A stretch of DNA of 64,000 nt from Candidatus Zhuqueibacterota bacterium (GTDB lineage: Bacteria; Zhuqueibacterota; Zhuqueibacteria; Thermofontimicrobiales; Thiofontviventaceae), in NCBI GenBank assembly GCA_016931935.1, contig JAFGDW010000237.1, positions 35,745 to 99,744 on the forward strand. The letters run 5' to 3'. The position numbers and the translations under genes are program-made. Below are positions 27,827 through 38,010 of this stretch, piece by piece; the first letter of the stretch is position 1, and each line of letters starts with the position of its first letter. The notes beneath the pieces were generated by a model, which had not been told where the DNA came from, did not search any database, and saw only the letters and a program-made list of their open reading frames with translations.

Positions 27827-28858
27827 ATGGAATATAGTGGAAAGTATTCAATATTCAATTCCAATACGATCAAAACATATCCGCTTCGCACGCGGCAGAA
27901 CAAAGTCAAGAAAGATCAGCTTATTTTTCCTGAACAGATAAAGCAGTGGAATTTGAGTCTCTCTGAGCATATTACTTCTAAAATAAATTTATTGGCAAAA
28001 TCAGTTGTTGATTGTCGGCAAACCAACAAACCAGTCGTTTTATTTTCAGGCGCGCATTTAATAAAAAGTGGAATGGGACCGTTGATTATTGACCTTGCTA
28101 AACATCAATTACTAACACTTGTGGCAGGAAATGGCGCCACAGCCATTCATGATTTTGAGCTGGCATTAATAGGGGAGACAAGCGAATATGTGCCTGACGC
28201 TTTGGGTAAAGGACAATTTGGCATGGCATACGAATTTGCCTATATTAATGAAGCGTTATCGTTAGGTAATAAGTACAAACTCGGCTATGGTGAATTATTG
28301 GGTAAAATGATTTGTGATGCAGGATTTAGATCAGACATTTTGTGGGAAGTAGTACGTGATTCCTCCCCCGGGAATTTCAGCTGTCGGGAAATCAGTGTAC
28401 TTGCAGCGTGTTATGAAAACAGTGTACCGTTTACTGTACATGCGGGAATTGGCGTGGATGTTATCGATCAACATCCGTCTTTCGATGGTCAGGCTAAAGG
28501 TGGTTGTTCCGGTCGTGATTTCCTTATTTTCACGAATGAAATTTGCAAATTCACAAATGGCGGTGTAGTGATAAATATCGGCAGTGCGGTTCAGGGCCCT
28601 GAGGTACTTCTCAAAGCGATATCAATGGCAGCTAACGCTGGAAACACTCCACATGATATTTTAACCGCTGATTTTGATTTGCGGAATTACGATTCGGAAA
28701 AGATGACAGATGAGTCTTTCCATGGTTATTATTTTCGTGATCAAAAAAGTATTGTAACACGAATTCCACTGGCGTTTAACGGTAATGGTTTGTATATTCA
28801 GGGAGACATTAAGCAGACAGTGCCATTGCTGTATAAAACGATTATGGAATTGATCTGA
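27827..28858 (+). CDS. Deoxyhypusine-synthase-like (DHS-like NAD/FAD-binding domain) protein
   Basis: I moved the start to the first ATG after the upstream stop. The core …VVLFSGAHLIKSGMGPLIIDLAKHQLLTLVAGNGATAIHDFE… matches the DHS pattern (SNLISSG…VDVLVTTAGG..ED). The assignment is tentative. Confidence 0.4.
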   Translation: MEYSGKYSIFNSNTIKTYPLRTRQNKVKKDQLIFPEQIKQWNLSLSEHITSKINLLAKSVVDCRQTNKPVVLFSGAHLIKSGMGPLIIDLAKHQLLTLVAGNGATAIHDFELALIGETSEYVPDALGKGQFGMAYEFAYINEALSLGNKYKLGYGELLGKMICDAGFRSDILWEVVRDSSPGNFSCREISVLAACYENSVPFTVHAGIGVDVIDQHPSFDGQAKGGCSGRDFLIFTNEICKFTNGGVVINIGSAVQGPEVLLKAISMAANAGNTPHDILTADFDLRNYDSEKMTDESFHGYYFRDQKSIVTRIPLAFNGNGLYIQGDIKQTVPLLYKTIMELI

Positions 28859-28898
28859 TTCCACGCCCCCTTTCCAACTCAAATCAACGGAGGACATT

Positions 28899-29887
28899 AT
28901 GAAGATACGTAATATCGGAATTTCTTTCGGTATGTATTTGGTGATAGTGCTCGGATTTGTCGTATTAGCCAATGGAGCTGACCCCTGTGATCGTGCTTGT
29001 CTTGAAAAACTTATTGACGACCTACTCGAAGCAATGATCGCGCATAATCCCAGTCAACTCATGCTTGCCAGAGATGTCCGCTATACTGAAAACGGCGTGG
29101 AGTTGCGGCTTGGCGATGGCATGTGGGGCACACTCAGCACACGCGGAAAATACAGTATTTATGTGTCCGATCCTGAGACCGGACAGGTTGGATTCTATGG
29201 AACGGTCGACGAGAACGGTGGGATGAATTATATTGCACTCCGGCTGAAAGTATTTGAGTTGTTGATTGAAGAAATCGAGGCAATTGTTGTACGGCCCAGC
29301 GGAATGAATATTACACCGGATCAAAAACCGGCACGACCAACCGGACAAGTTATGGATGAGAAGAAACACCGGCCTCAGTTTTTACAGACAGTACCGTCGA
29401 CAGAGCAGATGACTCGGACACGTTTGACCGAAATCGCCAACTCCTATTTTACCGGTTTAGCCAATCAAACAGGCAACTTTACGGCGCCGTTTGCCAAAAC
29501 ATGTGAGCGCTGGGAAAATGGTTATCCACGACAAACCAGAAACCGAATCCCGATACTCCCAAAAACATGCCCGATATTCTCTGCATGAATTGTGAACAGC
29601 AACAAAAAAGTGGCTGGTTTGCATTCGTGACAGATATTCGGAACCGACGCTTTCCGATTGTCGATATAGAGCGCGGGTTGGTGATGTCATTCGGATTTTT
29701 CGATCATAATGCTGCCGTCCGTGAATATACGTTCCCGGATGGTACAATGACTCCAAACATTCTGACATATCCACAAACTATCGAAATCTCGGAGCTTTTC
29801 CAGATCAGGGATGGTAAGATCGATCAGATTGAAGCAGTGATAAATTCAATACCGTATCGCATGAAATCGGATGTTTGGGACGATTAG
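28899..29887 (+). CDS. Hypothetical secreted protein, reading frame interrupted (pieces 28899-29588 and 29567-29887)
   Basis: The two ORFs overlap by 22 nt in different frames at CCCAAAAAC (an A5 run at 29561-29565). GGAGG is upstream and it has a signal peptide. Confidence 0.4.
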
Positions 29888-30010
29888 TTCGGAGTATATC
29901 AGCTCTCGTTTCATATGACTATTAACACTCGAATCATGCAATTGACACTGCAAGAGACGGTTCATACTGTAATTCTACGGCGATTGCACCTATTAGACAG
30001 GCAATGAAAA

Positions 30011-31909
30011 ATGAAAATTGAACGGATAAAGGTGATTCTGGAAAAAATTAAGAGAGTGAAAATAGCAGTTTTGGGTGATTTCTGCCTTGATGCCTATTGG
30101 ATGTTGGATTCATGGGGATCTGAAATTTCACTGGAAACAGGGCTAAGAGGTGAAGCAGTAGAAAAACAAAAATATTCACTTGGAGGTGCATCAAATATTG
30201 CCGCGAACCTGGCAGCATTAAATCCAGCAAGTATTCAGGCAATCGGCGTGATCGGAGATGACCTGTTTGGCAATGAACTCGTTCGTCAATTAATAGATTT
30301 GGGTGTCAATACCGACGGATTAATTATTCAAAAAGAGAACTTCAATACGGTTACTTATTGTAAACAAATTAAAGATGGCGTTGAACAACCACGTATTGAT
30401 TTCGGTATTTTTAATCGACGGACGAATGCTACGGATAAAATTCTGCTTCAAACATTGCGGACTGCGCTTGCAAGAACAGATGTTCTCATTATCAATCAGC
30501 AAGTGCCAGGCAGTATCACAAATGATATGTTTTTAGACGGTATCAACGATTTGATCAATGAATTTCCGGATAAAACAGTTTTGGTTGATTCGCGGCATTA
30601 TAGCCATTGTTTCAAGAATGTCTATCTAAAAGTTAATGAATTCGAAGCAGCGCGAATGAATAATGTGGATATTGCAGTTAATGATAAGCTATCATTAAAG
30701 GACGTTCATAATTATGCAGATCAGCTCTTTGAAAAATATCATAAACCAGTGTTTCTTACCAGAGGGTTTAGAGGTATCTTTGTTCGTGACAGCAATAGTT
30801 CCTTTGAAATCCCGGGAATTCAACTGATCAAAGAAATTGACTCAGTTGGAGCCGGGGATACAACAGTGAGTGCACTATCGTGTTGTTTGGGTGCAGGTGT
30901 TTCTCCACTTGAAGCTGCTAAATTCGCAAATTTTGCTGCGGCAGTCACTGTACAGAAATTATATCAAACAGGTACCGCTTCAGCGCAAGAAATATTGGAA
31001 ATTGCTGCAGATCCAGACTATATCTATCAATCGGAATTAGCAGAAGATATCCGCCAAGTGAGGTATTATAATTTCTCGGAAATAGAAATTTGCTATGAAC
31101 TGCAATCGATTGCTTTAGGGAAAATTCAACATATTGTTTTTGATCATGACGGGACGATCAGTACGCTAAGGCAGGGATGGGAAGCAATTATGGAGCTGGT
31201 TATGATTAAAGCCATTCTTGATCAGCAATATGAGAACGCTGATGAAACACTCTATCATAGAGTGCGAAATCGTGTCCGTGAATATATAGATAAGTCCACC
31301 GGAATTCAAACAATACTCCAGATGGAAGCTCTCGTTGGAATAGTGAAAGAGTTTGGAATTGTACCAGTCGAAAATGTTTTGGATAAATTTGCCTATAAAG
31401 AGATCTTCAATAATGCACTGATGGAAATGGTTAATAAGCGAAGAAAAAAAATAGAGCGCGGGGAACTCGATGTCACGGATTATACTATGAAAGGCGCCGT
31501 GATATTTTTAAAGCAATTAAGAGAGATGGGGAAAACACTTTATCTCGCTAGTGGTACAGATGAAAATGATGTTATTGCTGAAGCTAAAATATTGGGTTAT
31601 GACTTTCTATTTAATGGCGGCATTTACGGAGCAACCGGTGATGTTAAGAAATATTCAAAGAAAATTGTCATCGAGAAAATTCTAAAAGAGAACAATTTGA
31701 ACGGTGCGGAATTGGCTTGTTTTGGTGATGGGCCAGTGGAAATACGCGAATGCCGAAAAAAAAATGGAATTGCAATCGGAATTGCCAGCGATGAAATTAG
31801 AAGGCATGGGATAAATATTGATAAGCGTGCTCGATTAATCAAAGCAGGTGCCCATTTGATAATTCCGGATTTTTCTCAGATGAATAACCTGTTGGAAATA
31901 CTATTTTGA
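30011..31909 (+). CDS. Bifunctional PfkB-family sugar kinase (RfaE/HldE domain-I-like) / HAD-superfamily phosphatase fusion
   Basis: The N-terminal domain has KIAVLGDFCLDAYWM…GGASNIAANLAALN…DSVGAGDT. The C-terminal domain has HAD motif I, IVFDHDGTIS, and GDG near the end. Confidence 0.7.
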   Translation: MKIERIKVILEKIKRVKIAVLGDFCLDAYWMLDSWGSEISLETGLRGEAVEKQKYSLGGASNIAANLAALNPASIQAIGVIGDDLFGNELVRQLIDLGVNTDGLIIQKENFNTVTYCKQIKDGVEQPRIDFGIFNRRTNATDKILLQTLRTALARTDVLIINQQVPGSITNDMFLDGINDLINEFPDKTVLVDSRHYSHCFKNVYLKVNEFEAARMNNVDIAVNDKLSLKDVHNYADQLFEKYHKPVFLTRGFRGIFVRDSNSSFEIPGIQLIKEIDSVGAGDTTVSALSCCLGAGVSPLEAAKFANFAAAVTVQKLYQTGTASAQEILEIAADPDYIYQSELAEDIRQVRYYNFSEIEICYELQSIALGKIQHIVFDHDGTISTLRQGWEAIMELVMIKAILDQQYENADETLYHRVRNRVREYIDKSTGIQTILQMEALVGIVKEFGIVPVENVLDKFAYKEIFNNALMEMVNKRRKKIERGELDVTDYTMKGAVIFLKQLREMGKTLYLASGTDENDVIAEAKILGYDFLFNGGIYGATGDVKKYSKKIVIEKILKENNLNGAELACFGDGPVEIRECRKKNGIAIGIASDEIRRHGINIDKRARLIKAGAHLIIPDFSQMNNLLEILF

Positions 31910-31930
31910 AATTTTGTTTATACGGTACTA

Positions 31931-34294
31931 CTAACGATGTTGATTGATGCTTTCTACGCGAAGGACTTCAGCTTTTCCGGATAATACATTTCGTATTGTT
32001 TCACCAATTTTATGAGAAACCAATGGTTTCAGAATAATCGCATCCACATTATATTTATTTTTAAATTCTGGTCCATCCACATCCCCAAACCCAGTAATTA
32101 AAATAACTGGAATATCAGCCCGGATTTCCTTTACTTTTTTAGCAATTTGCAATCCATTCATTTTAGGCATCGTCAAATCAGTGATGATGATGTCGTAATC
32201 CAGCGAATTGTTTTGAAACAAGTCAAATGCTTCGACACTATCTGATATAATCGTAATTTGATAGCCAAGTCGGGTCAACATGCGTTCTGCCATTTTAATG
32301 ATTGCTGTTTCATCATCGATGAACAAAATTCGTTCGGAGTTTCCCTTTAAAGTTGTTACTTCTTCTGTCAGTTCATCCTGGCAGGAATCATGCACTGGTA
32401 AGTAAACATTGAAAATTGTCCCCCTTCCATTTGTACTTGAAACCGTAATTTCGCCGCCATGATTACGTACGATTCCATGTACCACTGAAAGTCCAAGACC
32501 TGTCCCTTCACCAACTTTTTTTGTGGTAAAGAATGGTTCAAATATGCGATGAATATCGGTGGATTTAATTCCAATTCCTGTATCTTTTATCGATAACCGT
32601 ACAAGTTGTTTGTGATGTAAATGTGCAAAATGATGTAATAGCTTTTTCGTTACTTTAAATGGTTTTAATTTAATCTCCAAAATCCCGTCAATACCGCGCA
32701 TCGAGTGAAAAGCATTGGTACAGAGATTGAGCAAAATTTGTTGCATTTGAGTTGGATCGGCAAGTACGGGACCACAGTTGGGATCAAGCGACAACTTCAT
32801 CTCAATGGTTGATGGTAACGATGAACGCAGCAGGTTAATGGTTTCTTGATAAATCTCCTGAAGCTTGACTGGTTTTCGTTCCTGTTCAATTTGTCGACTG
32901 AATGTTAGAATTTGTTTGATTAAATCTTTTGCTCGTTCAGCACCTTTAATAATTCGGTTTAAATCTTCACGTGCATATCCTTCTGTTGTTAGAGAGTCTT
33001 TCATCATTCCCGCGTAGCCAAGAATCGGCGTCAAAATGTTATTGAAATCATGTGCAATTCCACCAGCAAGCGTTCCGATGGCTTCCATTTTTTGTGCCTG
33101 TCGTAGCTGCTGTTCCAGTTTTTCTTTCTCCCGTTCATCCTGTTTACGTTTTGTGATGTCCTTCGTAATGTGAACGGCGCCTTCATAATTATGATCATCA
33201 TCAAATAACGGGTCGAGAATGACTTCAAAATATTTATCCATGCTTTGAAATTCATATACGACACGCTTTTTTATTTGGTGTAATCGCTTTAACGGACATT
33301 TTTCTTTGCTTTCGATAGAATGGTGGATTATGTCGTGACAATGTTTGCCAGCCATTTGATTATTATTCTTTCCTGTCATATCCATCATTGCACGGTTGCC
33401 ACAAACGATCAAATTGTGGTCGTCCAGAACACAAATGGCTTCTTCCACACTATCAAATGTCGATTGCCAGTGATTTGCTGCGCTGCGTAAATTCTCTTCT
33501 GCCAATCTATTTTTTGTAACATCATTAAACACAACGGCAAATTGCCCTTTTTGCGGACTATACGCCGTTACTTCATAATATTTGTTAAGTTCGCCGGAAT
33601 AATTTTCGAAATGAAGGGGTTCACCCGTTAATGCAACCCGACCATAATTTTCGATCCAATGTTTTTCCGTACCAGGCATAACATTCAAAACTGTTTTGCC
33701 AACGAGCTGTTCTTTTTTAAGGCCGGTTAATTTTTCGAAAGCCGGATTTACATCAAGAAAACGATAGTCAACGGGAGTCCCGTTTTCATTACAAATTATT
33801 TCATGCAACGCTACACCCGACGTCATTTCCGAAAACAATAGACGGAATTCTTTCTCTCGTTTTTTGAGGGCCTGTTCCGCATAAATTCGTTCAGTGATAT
33901 TATCAAATACAACAGCAACGCAATTATTGGGCAGTGGAATTGCCTTAACACTGAAATCGCTATTCCTAATTCTATCGTCAGCATAACTGATATGTTCAAT
34001 TTCTATGGATTTCCCGGTCCTTATAACTTCTGCATATTTTTGTGGAATACCAAGCTCACGCAAACCTGGAAAATTTTCATCGAGTGTCCGTCCGATCATG
34101 GATTCGATTGATACACCAGTATATTGGGATGCAGCGTCGTTTGCAGCGGTCATGCGCAGTGTCCGATCATTGTTCACATCTTCAAGGTGGTAGACATGCA
34201 AACCAACCGGCATGGCGTTAATAATTTTCTTATAGAGCTCTGGTGGAGTTTCACTAAGCTTCATTATGAATTTCCTGGTATTGGTCCTGGTCAT
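31931..34294 (-). CDS. Soluble multi-PAS hybrid sensor histidine kinase with C-terminal receiver domain
   Basis: It has the H-box IAHDFNNILTPILGY, HATPase G-boxes (GTGLGLSVV) and a REC domain with …DIIITDLTMPKMNG…. There is no TM segment. Confidence 0.9.
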   Translation of the reverse strand: MTRTNTRKFIMKLSETPPELYKKIINAMPVGLHVYHLEDVNNDRTLRMTAANDAASQYTGVSIESMIGRTLDENFPGLRELGIPQKYAEVIRTGKSIEIEHISYADDRIRNSDFSVKAIPLPNNCVAVVFDNITERIYAEQALKKREKEFRLLFSEMTSGVALHEIICNENGTPVDYRFLDVNPAFEKLTGLKKEQLVGKTVLNVMPGTEKHWIENYGRVALTGEPLHFENYSGELNKYYEVTAYSPQKGQFAVVFNDVTKNRLAEENLRSAANHWQSTFDSVEEAICVLDDHNLIVCGNRAMMDMTGKNNNQMAGKHCHDIIHHSIESKEKCPLKRLHQIKKRVVYEFQSMDKYFEVILDPLFDDDHNYEGAVHITKDITKRKQDEREKEKLEQQLRQAQKMEAIGTLAGGIAHDFNNILTPILGYAGMMKDSLTTEGYAREDLNRIIKGAERAKDLIKQILTFSRQIEQERKPVKLQEIYQETINLLRSSLPSTIEMKLSLDPNCGPVLADPTQMQQILLNLCTNAFHSMRGIDGILEIKLKPFKVTKKLLHHFAHLHHKQLVRLSIKDTGIGIKSTDIHRIFEPFFTTKKVGEGTGLGLSVVHGIVRNHGGEITVSSTNGRGTIFNVYLPVHDSCQDELTEEVTTLKGNSERILFIDDETAIIKMAERMLTRLGYQITIISDSVEAFDLFQNNSLDYDIIITDLTMPKMNGLQIAKKVKEIRADIPVILITGFGDVDGPEFKNKYNVDAIILKPLVSHKIGETIRNVLSGKAEVLRVESINQHR

Positions 34295-34604
34295 AAGATA
34301 GGCAGTTATGTGTATTCAATAATTGTCAGAATTATTTTAGTTATCGGCTGTATAAGTTATTAAATAATTATCTAAACGGATTATCTGTAAATTTTCAATT
34401 AAAAATATGCATCGCTCCGATGTGTATATTCGTTGTTCCGCAATCGTGTAAGATCGATTTTGATGTTCAAATAGTTTTAACGTTGGCCCATACAATTGCT
34501 TGTTCATTACTATCTAATGCTTGATTTTTTGTGCTAATTATTCTATATTTAACAGTCCGATTAATGGTTTTATTTAAAATAACGTCCAGTGACTAAATTA
34601 TAAT

Positions 34605-35252
34605 ATGAATCGTACAGCAGTAATTATTCTAATAATTCTATTCATTTTTTCCAATCGATCAACGGCTCAGCCTAAATATGCTATTGATTTTTTATTCGGT
34701 GATGCAAGGTGCCTGCCGTCATTTTTAAAAATAGAGCAAGCCGGGTTTGATAATATCCAGCTTACGGCACATTATAAGACAAATTCATTTCAACAGCCAT
34801 ATTATTATAGTTTTCGAGTTTCATACCGGGCGAACAAAATGGCCTGGGAAATCGAAATGGTGCATTTAAAAATTGAATTACTTAATAATCCTTCTCCAGT
34901 GCAGCATTTCGAAATTTCCCATGGTTACAATCTTATAACCCTAAATCGGATTCATAAAGTACAACAGTTTGCTGTGAGAATCGGTGGGGGAATAGTGCTT
35001 GCTCATCCGGAAAACAGTGTTAGAAAACAAACATTAGATGAAACCAACGGATTGATTGGGCTCGGATATTATATTGCCGGCCCCACCGCGCAATTCTGTA
35101 TTGAAAAATGTATCGGAAAAGCCAAAAATTTTGAATTTTCCGTTGAAGGGAAGTGTTCAGCATCGTATGCATCTGTTCCGGTTGTTGATGGGAGGGCACA
35201 CGTGCCTTTATTTGTATTGCATGGTCTACTTGGGATTCGCTATTGTTTTTAA
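34605..35252 (+). CDS. Small secreted protein, probable outer-membrane beta-barrel
   Basis: It has a signal peptide, alternating hydrophobic beta-strand pattern and a C-terminal aromatic (…IRYCF). Confidence 0.4.
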   Translation: MNRTAVIILIILFIFSNRSTAQPKYAIDFLFGDARCLPSFLKIEQAGFDNIQLTAHYKTNSFQQPYYYSFRVSYRANKMAWEIEMVHLKIELLNNPSPVQHFEISHGYNLITLNRIHKVQQFAVRIGGGIVLAHPENSVRKQTLDETNGLIGLGYYIAGPTAQFCIEKCIGKAKNFEFSVEGKCSASYASVPVVDGRAHVPLFVLHGLLGIRYCF

Positions 35253-35332
35253 GGTTGTACGAATTTCGTATTCTGAAAAGTCTTTCAATGAATAATAGAA
35301 GTTGTGTTTGAGCCAAAAGTGCGAGCGTTAAC

Positions 35333-36988
35333 ATGAAAGTTACCAAGTTTCAGCTATCAAATCTATTCCAATTGCACAAAATCCGACGTTTTTCCCAGAT
35401 CGTCTTTTTTTTACTATTTCTTTATCTGATTATTCTTTCAGTAACACCACAGGATGCCATATTACCAATTGATTTTTTCATCCGGATGGATTTTCTTGCG
35501 GCGATATCAACGTCGCTCGCTGCACGTTCATTGGATATGATTTTCACAACCTTTATTCCTGCTTGCATAATTGTTGTAATGACGATTGTCTTAGGACGCG
35601 TCTTTTGTGGCTGGATCTGTCCGATGGGGACAGTGCTCGACTTATGGGATCGTGTAATTCGTGGACGTAAAAAGCATGTACGTAATTCAAGATTGCCGCA
35701 CAGTGTATCGATGAGAAATATCAAATATTATTTGTTGGGATTTTTTCTGGTAGCAGCAATGTTCAGTACTCAGCTTTCCTGGCTTATGGACCCGATCCCA
35801 ATAGTGACACGAAGCGTAGCTCTGCCCATTTATTCCTATTTTACTTACGTAACAACATCGATTCTCGCACCACTCTGGCAAGTACCAATTATTCATCATG
35901 TTTCGGAGCCATTGTACTCATTTTTGAAAGCACACATTTTTTTGAATAATCCGAATATCGGTTACCAGGCGATGTCGATGTACCATTATCTTATATTTTT
36001 AGTGTTCATAGGAATTCTCGCATTGTCTGTATTTCAAGCGCGATTTTGGTGCCGGTATCTGTGTCCCCTCGGCGCGCTCTATGGACTGATTTCCAAATTA
36101 AGCATTTTACGTTGGATCGTCGATCCTGAACTGTGCAACGCATGCAATCGCTGCGTCCGACAATGCAAAACAGCAGCCATTATTGATAAGGGAACTGGTT
36201 ATTATGTACAGGAATGTGTCGATTGTTTTTCATGTCAATATGAATGCCCGCAACAGGCAATTCGTTTCGTTTTTCAATCACCTTTAAAAAGTATTCGCGT
36301 TGAGCAGACCGTGTTACATGAGGGTCTGGCACTGTCGCGACGAACATTTTTAAAATCAGCCATCGCTGCCGGTGTTGTCGTCCCGATGATAAAATTAAAA
36401 ACCAGTGAACGGAATCCCAATCCATGGCTGATTCGACCGCCAGGAGCAGTTGCGGAAGAAGAATTTCTCGATAAATGTATTCGCTGTGGCGAGTGTGTGG
36501 AGGTCTGTCTGACGAATGCCTTGCATCCGGCACTATTTGAAGCCGACATTGAAGGCATCTGGACACCGCGACTTATTCCGATGCTCGGCTATTGTGATTA
36601 TGAATGCAATGCATGCTCCCAGGTATGCTCTACCGGAGCTATCCGAAACATTTCGTTGCCGGATAAAAAACAACTAAAAATCGGCCTTGCCTATTTTAAT
36701 AAAAATAAATGCATTCCGTGGAATGAAAATAAAAATTGTCTGGTATGTGAAGAACATTGTCCGGTACCGGATAAAGCTATAAAATTCGTAGATGAACAAG
36801 TGCCTGAACAACGAACAAATAGATTAGTAACGGTCAAGCGTCCATATGTGGTTACGGAATTATGTATCGGCTGCGGCATCTGTGAATACAAATGTCCATT
36901 AAAGGATGAACCCGGCATTCGCGTAACTGCACGTAACGAAGCGCGCCACCCGCAACGTTATTCAGGTAGCGGAGAAAATACATTATAG
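35333..36988 (+). CDS. Fused NapH/MauN-like membrane ferredoxin + NapG/MauM-like polyferredoxin (internal twin-arginine motif)
   Basis: The N-terminal half has TM helices with two CX3CP motifs (CGWICPMG, CRYLCPLG) and two 4Fe-4S motifs. The mid-protein SRRTFLKSAIAAGVVVP is followed by IRPPGAVAEEEFLDKCIRCGECVEVC and three further Cys clusters. Confidence 0.7.
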   Translation: MKVTKFQLSNLFQLHKIRRFSQIVFFLLFLYLIILSVTPQDAILPIDFFIRMDFLAAISTSLAARSLDMIFTTFIPACIIVVMTIVLGRVFCGWICPMGTVLDLWDRVIRGRKKHVRNSRLPHSVSMRNIKYYLLGFFLVAAMFSTQLSWLMDPIPIVTRSVALPIYSYFTYVTTSILAPLWQVPIIHHVSEPLYSFLKAHIFLNNPNIGYQAMSMYHYLIFLVFIGILALSVFQARFWCRYLCPLGALYGLISKLSILRWIVDPELCNACNRCVRQCKTAAIIDKGTGYYVQECVDCFSCQYECPQQAIRFVFQSPLKSIRVEQTVLHEGLALSRRTFLKSAIAAGVVVPMIKLKTSERNPNPWLIRPPGAVAEEEFLDKCIRCGECVEVCLTNALHPALFEADIEGIWTPRLIPMLGYCDYECNACSQVCSTGAIRNISLPDKKQLKIGLAYFNKNKCIPWNENKNCLVCEEHCPVPDKAIKFVDEQVPEQRTNRLVTVKRPYVVTELCIGCGICEYKCPLKDEPGIRVTARNEARHPQRYSGSGENTL

Positions 36989-37007
36989 ATTTAATTCAGG
37001 ATTTTTT

Positions 37008-37967
37008 ATGAAAGAACAGTCTTTATTCCTACGAATGGCCATTATTATAATTATCTGCATTTTAGCAGGATTAAATTGTAATTCAACCGGGCCTGACAAT
37101 TCAGTCAAATTGCTGTTTCCCCAGCCGAAGGAAATTGGCTCCGATTATAAACAGACAAAAATGAAAATTTATCGTGACAAAGGATTATATGAATTTCTGA
37201 ATGGTGGAGCGGAAATTTATTTCGATTATGGTATTGTTCAAGTTGTTTCGACTGAATACCAGGTAAATTCCGATCTTGGCATTGAAGTCAGTGTCTATGA
37301 TATGGGCGATTCATCAGGTGCATTTGGCATATACAGTTCAAAACGCTATCCGGCAGCGGATTTTATCGATATTGGCAATAACGGATTTCGGACTTCAGCT
37401 TCACTTGAGTTCTGGAAAGGGCAATATTATTGCAAATTGATTAATTATGAAACCAGCGCGGAATCGGATAATGCAATGCTAAAAATTGGAAAATTTATTG
37501 CTGAACGAATAAAAGAAACCGGACAGCCCCCGGCAATTGTATCGTTACTTGCCCAAAATGATGGTATTAAAAACACTGAAAAATATTTTCGTACCCAACT
37601 GGGTTTAAATAACATCCACTACATCAGTCATGATAATGTCCTGATGTTATCTGATTCAACACAAGGAGCTGTGGTTGGATATGGCGATACAAATCCTATA
37701 GCTCTGGATTTTGTAATTCAATATTGTGATTCAGTACATTCAAAATCTGCAATTGAATCATACATCCAATTTTTAAAAGAGCAGGGGAGAGTAGACTCCA
37801 GCGGAAATTTCTATAAATCCATTGGGAAAAATCACAAATGGACATGGATTGGTTCGGAGAAGCAATACCTATTTGGTTTGTGGAACGCCGAAGATGAATC
37901 AGAGTCTCTTGAGATAATGACAATGATTTCAAAAAATATCCAAAACAAAATTAAGTGCAAATACTGA
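37008..37967 (+). CDS. Hypothetical exported/lipoprotein
   Basis: It has an N-terminal hydrophobic signal with Cys (…ILAGLNCNS). I saw no motifs. Confidence 0.45.
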   Translation: MKEQSLFLRMAIIIIICILAGLNCNSTGPDNSVKLLFPQPKEIGSDYKQTKMKIYRDKGLYEFLNGGAEIYFDYGIVQVVSTEYQVNSDLGIEVSVYDMGDSSGAFGIYSSKRYPAADFIDIGNNGFRTSASLEFWKGQYYCKLINYETSAESDNAMLKIGKFIAERIKETGQPPAIVSLLAQNDGIKNTEKYFRTQLGLNNIHYISHDNVLMLSDSTQGAVVGYGDTNPIALDFVIQYCDSVHSKSAIESYIQFLKEQGRVDSSGNFYKSIGKNHKWTWIGSEKQYLFGLWNAEDESESLEIMTMISKNIQNKIKCKY

Positions 37968-38010
37968 AAGTTTCTCAACCTTTTCAGAATTATAAATGTG
38001 GAGCAATATC

